Part shown: in pieces, positions 8,528 through 16,269 of the stretch | How the letters are laid out: each line of letters begins with the position of its first letter | Position numbering within the stretch: position 1 is the stretch's first letter | Source: Candidatus Peribacteria bacterium | Lineage (GTDB): Bacteria; Patescibacteriota; Gracilibacteria; Peribacterales; Peribacteraceae | Direction of reading: 5' to 3' | Length of the DNA: 64,000 nt | Assembly (NCBI GenBank): GCA_009691405.1 | Contig: SICN01000002.1 | Location: 5,189 to 69,188, forward strand | Made by a program: the position numbers and the translations under genes | Notes under the pieces: generated by a model | What the model was told of the DNA's origin: nothing | Seen by the model: the letters and a program-made list of their open reading frames with translations, nothing else | Databases searched by the model: none

Positions 8528-8560
8528 GCGGGAAGCATCCCGCTCCCCGTTTATTCTTTT
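8528..8560 (+). terminator. Riboswitch expression-platform terminator
   Basis: gcggga-agca-tcccgc followed by the T-rich tccccgtttattctttt, about 12 nt before the metK ATG. Confidence 0.5.
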
Positions 8561-8572
8561 ACTCCCCAATCT

Positions 8573-9730
8573 ATGTCCAGCCTCTTCACATCCGAATCCG
8601 TTACCGAAGGTCACCCCGATAAACTCTGCGACCAGATCTCCGACGCCGTACTCGACTACGCACTCAGCAAAGACCCGAAATCCCACGTCGCGTGCGAATG
8701 TCTCGCAACGACCGGACTCGTCGTCGTTGCCGGCGAGATCACAACGAACACCTACATCCCGATGGCACAGGTTGCGAGGAACGTCATCAAGGAGATCGGC
8801 TACGACGACGGGATCTTCGGCTTCGACCACAAGGCTTGTGCCGTCATGGTATGCGTTGGCGAGCAGAGTAGCGATATCGACCAAGGCGTGACGGCAGAAA
8901 AAACCGCAACAAAAGAGCAGGGAGCAGGAGATCAAGGACTCATGTTCGGATTCGCCTGCGATGAGACCCCTGAGCTCATGCCGCTACCTATTTCGCTTGC
9001 ACACAAGCTCACGCGAAAATTGTCGGAAGTACGCAAAGCCAAAGGCTTGGACTACCTGCGTCCGGACGGCAAGAGCCAAGTGACAATCGAGTACGATGAT
9101 GACGGCACGCCGAAGAGAGTACAGACGGTCGTCATCTCGACACAACATAGCGATCACGTCACTCATGAACAAATTATAAAAGATATCAAGAAACACATCA
9201 TCGAACCAGTGTGTGGACCATACCTCGATGCAGCCACAAAGTACTTCATCAACCCGACAGGACGCTTCGTCATCGGCGGGCCTCCCGGCGACTGCGGCCT
9301 GACCGGCAGAAAAATAATCGTCGACACGTACGGTGGATACAGCCGTCACGGCGGGGGTGCATTCTCAGGCAAAGACCCAAGCAAGGTCGACCGCAGTGCA
9401 GCCTATGCCGCTCGCTGGGTGGCAAAGCACATCGTGAAGGCGGGCCTCGCGAAGAAATGCGAGGTACAGGTCGCGTACGCCATCGGCGTCGCTGCTCCAG
9501 TCTCGCTACGAGTGGATACATTCGGTACTGGCAAAGTAACTGACCGAGCCCTGGAGAAAGCCATCTCAGGCGTCTTCGACCTCCGTCCGGCTGCCATCAT
9601 CCATGACCTCGATCTGCTGAAGCCTCAGTACCGTCAGGTAGCGTCGTACGGTCATATGGGTAGAGAGGATCTAGATGTGAAGTGGGAGAAGTGTAACAGA
9701 CTCGATGCACTTCTCCATGCGGCGAAGTGA
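8573..9730 (+). CDS. metK: S-adenosylmethionine synthetase
   Basis: The track ORF 8447-9730 runs through the riboswitch. The conserved N-terminus [25 protein letters not shown] starts at ATG 8573. Motifs [12 protein letters not shown] and [19 protein letters not shown] are present. Confidence 0.95.
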   Translation: MSSLFTSESVTEGHPDKLCDQISDAVLDYALSKDPKSHVACECLATTGLVVVAGEITTNTYIPMAQVARNVIKEIGYDDGIFGFDHKACAVMVCVGEQSSDIDQGVTAEKTATKEQGAGDQGLMFGFACDETPELMPLPISLAHKLTRKLSEVRKAKGLDYLRPDGKSQVTIEYDDDGTPKRVQTVVISTQHSDHVTHEQIIKDIKKHIIEPVCGPYLDAATKYFINPTGRFVIGGPPGDCGLTGRKIIVDTYGGYSRHGGGAFSGKDPSKVDRSAAYAARWVAKHIVKAGLAKKCEVQVAYAIGVAAPVSLRVDTFGTGKVTDRALEKAISGVFDLRPAAIIHDLDLLKPQYRQVASYGHMGREDLDVKWEKCNRLDALLHAAK

Positions 9731-9749
9731 TGTGATTTTTCGTCTTCCA

Positions 9750-9780
9750 GAAGGGCTCCAAGGAGCGGAGCTCTTCTTTC
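9750..9780 (+). terminator. Candidate metK terminator hairpin
   Basis: gaagggctcc-aaggagc-ggagctcttc (9 of 10 bp) followed by tttc, 20 nt after the metK stop. Confidence 0.4.
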
Positions 9781-9819
9781 GATTGCAATGCAAAAAAATG
9801 AGCGTATCGTTTCGTGTTA

Positions 9820-10338
9820 ATGAATAAGCCTTCCGCTTTAAGCGTTCGTGATACGATTTCTTTTGAAGCGAATGTTGAGCAAGAGAAGCAAGCGCTGGAA
9901 CAAAGAAGAAAAAGAAGAGGCATCGACATGAGCGGAATGCTCAGCAAAGCCCCGATCGAACGGGAGCCGGATGCAGCATCGGCTCTGCTGATGCAGCAAG
10001 ATGCAAAATCTTTAGGAGAAACAACGCTGCACGATACGGAAGTTTTTGACGGGATTGTTCGTACGTTCACCGAAGAATCCACACCAAATGTTACGGCGGA
10101 AGATATCTTGCGGCAGGCTCATGCATTATTTCAAGAACAATGCGGAAGGCCGCCAATACTCGCCGAAACAACCGAACGCGATACGATTCTGTTCGGAACG
10201 ATGTTTCATGAGCTTCTCTCTCAATCGACCCCTGCCGTCACCGTTGAAGAAAATCGTCGAATTGCTATGCAAAATTTCCACGAAGTCTTCGGTCGACCGC
10301 CGATGCTTCGGGAAATCCCTGAAACTCATCAGGGGTAA
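9820..10338 (+). CDS. Hypothetical protein with an internal duplicated ~25-aa motif
   Basis: ORF 9814-10338 starts at GTG; the first ATG is 9820. The motif is repeated: TAEDILRQAHALFQEQCGRPPILAE and TVEENRRIAMQNFHEVFGRPPMLRE. No family recognised and coding status is uncertain. Confidence 0.4.
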   Translation: MNKPSALSVRDTISFEANVEQEKQALEQRRKRRGIDMSGMLSKAPIEREPDAASALLMQQDAKSLGETTLHDTEVFDGIVRTFTEESTPNVTAEDILRQAHALFQEQCGRPPILAETTERDTILFGTMFHELLSQSTPAVTVEENRRIAMQNFHEVFGRPPMLREIPETHQG

Positions 10339-10370
10339 GAAAATGACTTTTCAGCATCTTTTTGCGATGA

Positions 10371-10517
10371 AAATATCGCAAACGAGTAATTGATGGCGAG
10401 AAAAAAAATGAGGCAGAACATCTGGGCATACCAATCGGAACGGTTCGATCGCAACTCTTCAGAGCCAAAGTACTGCTGAGGCAAAGTTTGGAATCTTACA
10501 TGCAGCAAGCGTCATGA
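10371..10517 (+). pseudogene. Relic of a sigma-70/ECF sigma factor (region 4 HTH only), with no start codon
   Basis: The open frame between TGA 10368-10370 and TGA 10515-10517 reads KYRKRVIDGEKKNEAEHLGIPIGTVRSQLFRAKVLLRQSLESYMQQAS. This is the classic region 4.2 pattern (lgis.gTVksrl.rAr..L). There is no ATG/GTG/TTG before the HTH and no region 2 upstream in any frame. Confidence 0.55.
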
Positions 10518-10864
10518 ACTATTTTCTTGGCATTTGCTGAAAAAGTTTTAGAGTGAATGCATGGGAAATATCTATGAAGTGTCGGATGAATTTTTACAGC
10601 GCTACAGCTTTTTCCAGCCGGCATTTCTTGATTCATTTGGCAGCTTTTTCAACATCGAGGTTTGGCAAGAAGAAGATCTCATCGCCGCAGACATCGAATT
10701 GAAATTGAAACTGGCTCTCGAGCTTCGGGAGGAAGCCTACATCCATGACAAACACAATCATCAGCGAGCGCTCTGGCAACACTGGTGCAGAGAAGCGAAC
10801 AGTTCACGGCATGCTTGCTGGGCACTCGTCTACGGAAGTGTCTACGACTGTTGCCGCCATAAAT

Positions 10865-13423
10865 TCAAATACGTGCTCCAGGATAGTAGTACTGCAGAAT
10901 CTGTTCCGCGCTGCGACCCTGCAGCGCTTGTCCTCGAGCGCCACATCCCGACATACCGACGCCATGACCTCGTAACACCTGGCCTTTGCACCACGGATCT
11001 TGCTTCGATGAGAAGATGTCGGCGAACGGGAAATTCTTCCATCCCGCCTCAAGAGGACTTCTTGTTCGACCGTCATCCGAGCTGAAGTACGGCGGTTTGA
11101 TGAGTTCTCCGTTGAACCGAAGAACACTGCCTGCAGTACTCGCGACAGCTCTCTGCCAATTGGGATTACTTCCTGTGAATTCGACTCCTGCATATGCCTG
11201 GAACTCCGAAGGATCGTCAGAGCCGTCATACGGAAGCCCGGGGAACTTCCTGTTCTCGCTCTCCATGTAGTACGCCGCGTACGTGCGAGCTGCGATCGCG
11301 AAGGCACGCTGCTTCTCGTAGGGCTCGCTATCGGGTTCTTCTGCAAGCCCTGCCATGTACTCTTCGATCGGCAGTTCGTTGATCACTGTTAACACGCCTA
11401 CGATGACGCGACACTCGAGTGTACCTTTATACGAGCGATTTTTGCCTGCAATACTATTCACATTGATCACTCCCGTATTAGTGGAAGAAAATCTGAGAAT
11501 GCTGTTGGCTGCAAAAAGTTCACCGTTCTTCATCGCAACGCATTCATTGTTCTTGCTTAGAAGTGTCAGCGCGGTTCCGGCAGGAACATTCGTGCCCTCT
11601 ACGATTCCTCTCTGGGGAAAGGTCAGCACAGGGCTTACAGAAGCACTCAAGCGAATGCGAATGCGACGAGAACTCTCGCGAGATGTTTCCCCTCCCCCCG
11701 CCTGCCCTGAGCTCGTCGAATGGGCGGAGGAGGAGTCAGGCCTGCCTGCCGACAAGGCAGGGGTGGGGGCACGCGACTGCGGTCGAATGCGCGGAATGAT
11801 TTTCGTCTCCCGCGGCTCCGGCTTCGGACGGACGATCCGTGCTGGGTCACCTCCGAATTGGTTGATGTACTCGCCCGTACGCGCTCTTCTGCCCTCCACT
11901 TTGATGTCGAAGCGTTGACCGCCGATCTCCATCCAGAATGAACCGGTGTCGGTCGGCGCAACGACGATCAGCTGGATATTCGATGTCTCGTGTGCCGGGA
12001 GATCGCTCTGGAGAAGAATACCTTTCGTCACGGGAATCCAGTTGATGCCATCATCTACGAGAAGCTGAATCTTTGGAGAAGAGAGACGAACCTCTGCAAT
12101 CTTCTTTCCTTCGTATGCCCCCGACGCACCTGCCGTATAGCCGAAACTGATGCGCTGCTTCCCGCCGGGATTGATCGCAATAGACGTCCGACCGACGAAC
12201 GACAGTCCTTCCGCAAGTTTCCCAGCGGCGACGGGCATTGTCCCCGCAGAGGATGAAGATGAGGAATCTTTGCGCGGAGCGGCAAATGCAACGGAGCCCG
12301 TAAGCTTGCCGCTTCTCACATTCGAAACGATCTGAGAAAGCCCTGAGGAGAGCGAATATCCGGGACACAAGGTTGAGAGAAGGTCTCCGTGACCGACAAT
12401 CGGAGAGGGGAATGTTTTCCCGTGAAACTGCGCGCTCTGATCGAGGCTCAAGCCGTACTGCAACGCAAGATTCTTCAAAAGTTTCTGGAGACCTTGCGCC
12501 TGTCTCTGCGACGGTGATTCGATTTCAAAATTTCCAAGAAGCACGATCCCGATTGTTCCGATGTTATTGCAGTAGGCATGCCCCCCTACGACCGCTGCTC
12601 CGCCCATGCGACCCTCGTACACAACGCCGTCTTCATCGACGATGAAGTGATAGCCGATATCCCCCCAACCTTTGTTCACGGCATGATATTTATAGAGAGC
12701 GCGCACACGCTCTGCCGCAGGACGGGGATCGCCACTGACCACCAAAGCAGAGTGATGCACGACGAGGAGCTTCACCGAAGAACTGTACTGCGGAGACCAA
12801 CGATACGTGCGTCCGCTTGGGTCTTTCGTAATTGTGGATTTGATCCTGAATTCACTCGCATAGTTTTTGACAGCCGTATTGCAATCGCTGATGCGCCTAT
12901 CTGGCTGCCCTGGAGTAGCTGTCACAATGCCGTTATCGCCCTTCGATGCATCGACCTCTGTTTTCGTTTCTGCCTCGGCTCTGGGTGTCTCAAACAAGTA
13001 TGTCTCGTCCGCTCCCCACTCACGCCTGGAGAGCGTCATGGGTGCGATGTCCGTCATCGACGCAACCCGCACTCGCACCGGATCTTTCGAGACGACGATC
13101 TCGTGAATATCTTTTTTTGAAGCAACGCCATCGATTCGAATGGCTGTCGTCCCAAGCGGCACCATCAGTAATTCCGATTCCTCCCCCGAACCACTGTCTC
13201 CGTCGCTCTCGTAATTCTCCCACGAAGACCAGGTGCCTGAGAGCAAATATTGGTACTGAAACGACGATGACTCCAGAGGCAAACGAATACTGAACGCATC
13301 GATCGGCTCGGTGAAGTTTTTCTGGATGAACGGTACGGGTGCGGCAAAAGACGGCACTGCAGGAAGCAGTGAGAAGCACAGGAAAATATTCAGTGCGGTA
13401 GACGTGAAGCGGAGCCTGTTCAT
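10865..13423 (-). CDS. Secreted peptidoglycan hydrolase: N-acetylmuramoyl-L-alanine amidase (amidase_2/PGRP) fused to a C-terminal SpoIID/LytB domain
   Basis: ORF 10865-13453. A second ATG at 13423 gives the signal peptide MNRLRFTSTALNIFLCFSLLPAVPSFA and avoids overlap with the upstream gene. Amidase_2 block: LVVHHSA...WGDIGYHFIVDEDGVVYEGR...GGHAYCNNIGTIGIVLLGNFE. SpoIID block: EEYMAGLAEEP...AFAIAARTYAAYY...YFSSDDGRTRS...GHGVGMSGCGARGQA. Confidence 0.85.
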   Translation of the reverse strand: MNRLRFTSTALNIFLCFSLLPAVPSFAAPVPFIQKNFTEPIDAFSIRLPLESSSFQYQYLLSGTWSSWENYESDGDSGSGEESELLMVPLGTTAIRIDGVASKKDIHEIVVSKDPVRVRVASMTDIAPMTLSRREWGADETYLFETPRAEAETKTEVDASKGDNGIVTATPGQPDRRISDCNTAVKNYASEFRIKSTITKDPSGRTYRWSPQYSSSVKLLVVHHSALVVSGDPRPAAERVRALYKYHAVNKGWGDIGYHFIVDEDGVVYEGRMGGAAVVGGHAYCNNIGTIGIVLLGNFEIESPSQRQAQGLQKLLKNLALQYGLSLDQSAQFHGKTFPSPIVGHGDLLSTLCPGYSLSSGLSQIVSNVRSGKLTGSVAFAAPRKDSSSSSSAGTMPVAAGKLAEGLSFVGRTSIAINPGGKQRISFGYTAGASGAYEGKKIAEVRLSSPKIQLLVDDGINWIPVTKGILLQSDLPAHETSNIQLIVVAPTDTGSFWMEIGGQRFDIKVEGRRARTGEYINQFGGDPARIVRPKPEPRETKIIPRIRPQSRAPTPALSAGRPDSSSAHSTSSGQAGGGETSRESSRRIRIRLSASVSPVLTFPQRGIVEGTNVPAGTALTLLSKNNECVAMKNGELFAANSILRFSSTNTGVINVNSIAGKNRSYKGTLECRVIVGVLTVINELPIEEYMAGLAEEPDSEPYEKQRAFAIAARTYAAYYMESENRKFPGLPYDGSDDPSEFQAYAGVEFTGSNPNWQRAVASTAGSVLRFNGELIKPPYFSSDDGRTRSPLEAGWKNFPFADIFSSKQDPWCKGQVLRGHGVGMSGCGARGQALQGRSAEQILQYYYPGARI

Positions 13424-13433
13424 GAGAGGAAAA

Positions 13434-14534
13434 TTATAGCAGGATTTGCTCATACTTTTCGACCATCTCTACAACTGTCAATCGTGTTCGTACTGCTTCT
13501 TTGCCCGCTTTCGCAAGCTCTCTCCGTCTGTCCGGATCAAAAAGACTCCTGATAGCAGCCGCGAGCTCACTTGGGGCACCCGCAGGCACAACAAGTGTTT
13601 CTTCATTTGCTGCAATCGATCCAGAGATACCACACGCATCCGTCACGATTGTTGCAGTACCACAGCTCATTGCTTCTGCAGCAACCAAGCCGAATGGATC
13701 GTGATCCGAAGAGGGAAGCACGAAGATATCGAGAGAACGGTAGAATGCAGAGAGATCATCGACATGCGACAGGAGATGAATTCGCTGCTGCCCCATCCTC
13801 TCTGTGTCTTCGGTGATCAGCGTACGAATGTACGACTCCTGACTGCCCTTCCCGACGATGCTGAGTGTGATCTCGGGAAGCTCTGCAATCGCATGGATGA
13901 GGACATCGACGCCTTTCTCGGGGTCGAGACGGGCGACAGTACCGACGTGGATGCCGGAGGGATGGGGGAAGGGGTCGGGGGATGGGGGAAGGGCTACGGG
14001 CACTCCATTCGGTATCGATACAACTTTCCCGGGATCAAACCCCATCTCCACGTATAATTTCCTGCTGACTTCCGACACACAGATGATCGTCGCATGCAGA
14101 GAAGATTTCTTGAAGGATGAAAGCCACGGATTCCACCGAAGCCAAGGCCCGATGCGGTCATGCTCGATCCAGAAGACCTTGATTCCTTGTTTCACGACCC
14201 ACTCAGTCAGGAGTAATTTTTCACTCAAACTCAACATAAAAATAACATCTGGTTTTTCAGGAAGAGATTCGATTGCGTGCATCAGTGCTTTTTTCATCGT
14301 ATTTTTTCTCCATAGAAAACTAATCGCACCGAACTTTGTGACAGGCGGTGGTCCAATATTCAATTTTTCATTTTCAATTTTCAATTCGTGCGCACGCTCC
14401 AAGAGAACCGGACAACTCCCAACATAGTGAATTGTGTGGCCGCGCGCGCGTAGCCCTTCCATCAGCCACTGCGTCTGATTTTCAGCACCTCCGTCGGCGC
14501 TCTCGAGCGGAAATCTGGTGAAGAGGATCTTCAT
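13434..14534 (-). CDS. Glycosyltransferase, GT4 (group 1) family
   Basis: 366 aa. N-terminal MKILFTRFPLESADGGAENQTQWL and C-terminal IFVLPSSDHDPFGLVAAEAMSCGTATIVTDACG block. ATGA overlap with the serS stop. Confidence 0.8.
   Translation of the reverse strand: MKILFTRFPLESADGGAENQTQWLMEGLRARGHTIHYVGSCPVLLERAHELKIENEKLNIGPPPVTKFGAISFLWRKNTMKKALMHAIESLPEKPDVIFMLSLSEKLLLTEWVVKQGIKVFWIEHDRIGPWLRWNPWLSSFKKSSLHATIICVSEVSRKLYVEMGFDPGKVVSIPNGVPVALPPSPDPFPHPSGIHVGTVARLDPEKGVDVLIHAIAELPEITLSIVGKGSQESYIRTLITEDTERMGQQRIHLLSHVDDLSAFYRSLDIFVLPSSDHDPFGLVAAEAMSCGTATIVTDACGISGSIAANEETLVVPAGAPSELAAAIRSLFDPDRRRELAKAGKEAVRTRLTVVEMVEKYEQILL
13961..14000. repeat. 2 x 20-bp G-rich tandem repeat inside the GT4 coding sequence
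   Basis: gatgggggaaggggtcgggg (13961-13980) and gatgggggaagggctacggg (13981-14000), 17 of 20 identical. Translated on the coding strand as the Pro-rich LPPSPDPFPHPSG. Confidence 0.7.
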
Positions 14535-15877
14535 GAAGGCTTGCTAATCTTCTCCTGTCCTCCCATGTACGGCCTCAGCACTTCTGGAATCGTTACTGTG
14601 CCATCCGCATTCTGATACATCTCGAGAACCGGAATCAAAATTCTCGGCGAAGCGATACACGTGTTATTGAGCGTATGAACAAATTTCTTCGTGCCGTCTT
14701 TTGCCGTGTACTTAATATTGAGTCTGCGTGACTGGAAGTCGTGAAACGTCGAACAGCTGTGTGTTTCACCGTAACGTTTGCGACTCGGCATCCAGGTTTC
14801 GATGTCGTTCTTATACATCTGTCCCTGTCCCATGTCGCCTGTGCACACATCGACAACGCGATAGGGGAGCTTGAGTGCTTGCAGAACTTCTTCGGCATTC
14901 TGCAAAATTTCTTTGTGCATTTTTGCACTCACCTCGGGGTCGTTCTCGCATAAGATCACCTGCTCGACTTTCTGAAACTGATGGATGCGATACAGGCCGT
15001 GCGTGTCCTTGCCGTAGGTTCCCGCTTCGCGACGAAAACAGTTGCTGATGCCGCAGTACCGCTTCGGAAGATCCGCAAGGGCGAGCGTTTCGCCGCCGTG
15101 GTAACTCGTAACGGACACTTCGGATGTGCCGATCAAGTACACGTCGTCAGATTCGATCGGCTGACTCTGGCTTTTACGCACACCAACGGCATACGCCATT
15201 TCTTCTCCGCCCGGAAAGTAACTCGTGCCGACCATCGCATCGTAATTGACGAGGAGTGGAGGAATGAATGCCGTGAAACCCTTCCTCTTCAAGTGATCAA
15301 GCGTGAACATCAGAAGCGCAAATTCAAGACGAGCTCCGTCGCCCTTTAAAAAATAACTGCGCGCTCCCGCAATTTTCACTCCGCGTGGGATATCGATGAT
15401 GTCTAAAGACTCGCCAAGTGCGACATGGTCTTTGAGCTCAAAATCGAATGTCGGAATGGTGCCTTGCCCTGAACCGGAGCCATCAGGCGACTGGTGCGGG
15501 GCCCATTTTCTGATTTCAACGTTCTCACTGTCATCTTTCCCCTTCGGAACATTGGCGAGAGGAATACCGGGAAGACGCAGCTGCATCGCCAACCACTCGG
15601 CGTCGAGAGCGGTGAGTGCCGCTTCGTGCTCCTTGAGTTTCTCGCCGAGTGCTTTCATCTCTTTCACGATTTTCTCTTTTTCGGCTTTGTCCTTGAGTGT
15701 TGGCATCTTCTTGCTCACGGCATTGCGCTCCGCCTGCATTTTCTGGGTTTCCGCCATAGCGGTGCGACGCTTCTCGTCCACGACCAGAAACGCACTCACA
15801 TCGAGTTTGATGTTCTTCTCCTTGCAGGCTGCTTGGAAGAGTTCTGGGCTGCTGCGGACGAGATCGAGGTCAACCAT
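14531..15877 (-). CDS. serS: Seryl-tRNA synthetase
   Basis: 448 aa. N-terminal coiled-coil arm (MVDLDLVRSSPELFQAACKEKN...) and class II motifs including CFRREAGTYGKDTHGLYRIHQFQKVE. Confidence 0.95.
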   Translation of the reverse strand: MVDLDLVRSSPELFQAACKEKNIKLDVSAFLVVDEKRRTAMAETQKMQAERNAVSKKMPTLKDKAEKEKIVKEMKALGEKLKEHEAALTALDAEWLAMQLRLPGIPLANVPKGKDDSENVEIRKWAPHQSPDGSGSGQGTIPTFDFELKDHVALGESLDIIDIPRGVKIAGARSYFLKGDGARLEFALLMFTLDHLKRKGFTAFIPPLLVNYDAMVGTSYFPGGEEMAYAVGVRKSQSQPIESDDVYLIGTSEVSVTSYHGGETLALADLPKRYCGISNCFRREAGTYGKDTHGLYRIHQFQKVEQVILCENDPEVSAKMHKEILQNAEEVLQALKLPYRVVDVCTGDMGQGQMYKNDIETWMPSRKRYGETHSCSTFHDFQSRRLNIKYTAKDGTKKFVHTLNNTCIASPRILIPVLEMYQNADGTVTIPEVLRPYMGGQEKISKPS

Positions 15878-15926
15878 GGCATGGATAATAACACATATTC
15901 TCCTCTTTCGAAGACTTTGATTTTCT

Positions 15927-15934
15927 GGTATAAT
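15927..15934 (+). promoter_or_regulatory. Extended -10 promoter (TGgTATAAT) 8 nt upstream of the ATG at 15943 (leaderless-type)
   Basis: Reads ttctGGTATAATgatgagaaATG in the 65-nt divergent spacer after serS. Confidence 0.5.
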
Positions 15935-15942
15935 GATGAGAA

Positions 15943-16269
15943 ATGCAAAAAAATATCGCCCTCAACTTCGATGTCCTCGCTCTCTTCGATGCCGTGATGG
16001 CAGAAGTCGAGCCGGATCTGATGCGCAAAAATATCGACACTCTTTCGATGAAATACAAAGGTGAAACACCAGAGCAGAAAACATCACGTTCTTCGCGGTA
16101 CGCAGCGGCGTATGCCGAGTGGAAGAAACGGCTCAAACAGATCGTGGCGCTTTGGAAGAAAGAAGTGCTCAAGTACCGGGACGATGTGATCGCGAAAGCG
16201 AAAATACAGTCGGAAAAGGATGATGAAACAGAACTCCAAAACCTCGATTCCGCGATCCAAGCATTATGA
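15943..16269 (+). CDS. Hypothetical small charged protein (108 aa)
   Basis: Good promoter context and an ATGA overlap with the downstream 1178-aa ORF. No recognisable motif. Confidence 0.55.
   Translation: MQKNIALNFDVLALFDAVMAEVEPDLMRKNIDTLSMKYKGETPEQKTSRSSRYAAAYAEWKKRLKQIVALWKKEVLKYRDDVIAKAKIQSEKDDETELQNLDSAIQAL

Noticed and set aside
10344-10517. Possibility that TGA is read as Gly (code 25, as in Gracilibacteria/SR1), which would lengthen the sigma region-4 frame.
   Set aside because: Long conserved genes in the window (dnaE, uvrB, aspS, zwf, metK) are intact under the standard code and several end at TGA where family alignments end. Even with TGA read through, no sigma region 2 appears upstream.
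10561-11085. 174-aa plus-strand ORF (MGNIYEVSDEFLQRYSFF...).
   Set aside because: Its last about 220 nt overlap the well-supported C-terminus of the amidase-SpoIID gene on the opposite strand, and the overlapping part is Cys/Arg-rich nonsense. Only the first about 100 codons could be real, and I have no motif or context to support them.
13961-14000. CRISPR array as an explanation for the tandem G-rich repeats and the hairpin arrays (also 50212-50271 and 6032-6164).
   Set aside because: There are only 2-3 units with no regular repeat-spacer periodicity. The units differ from each other or lie inside ORFs, and no cas genes are present.
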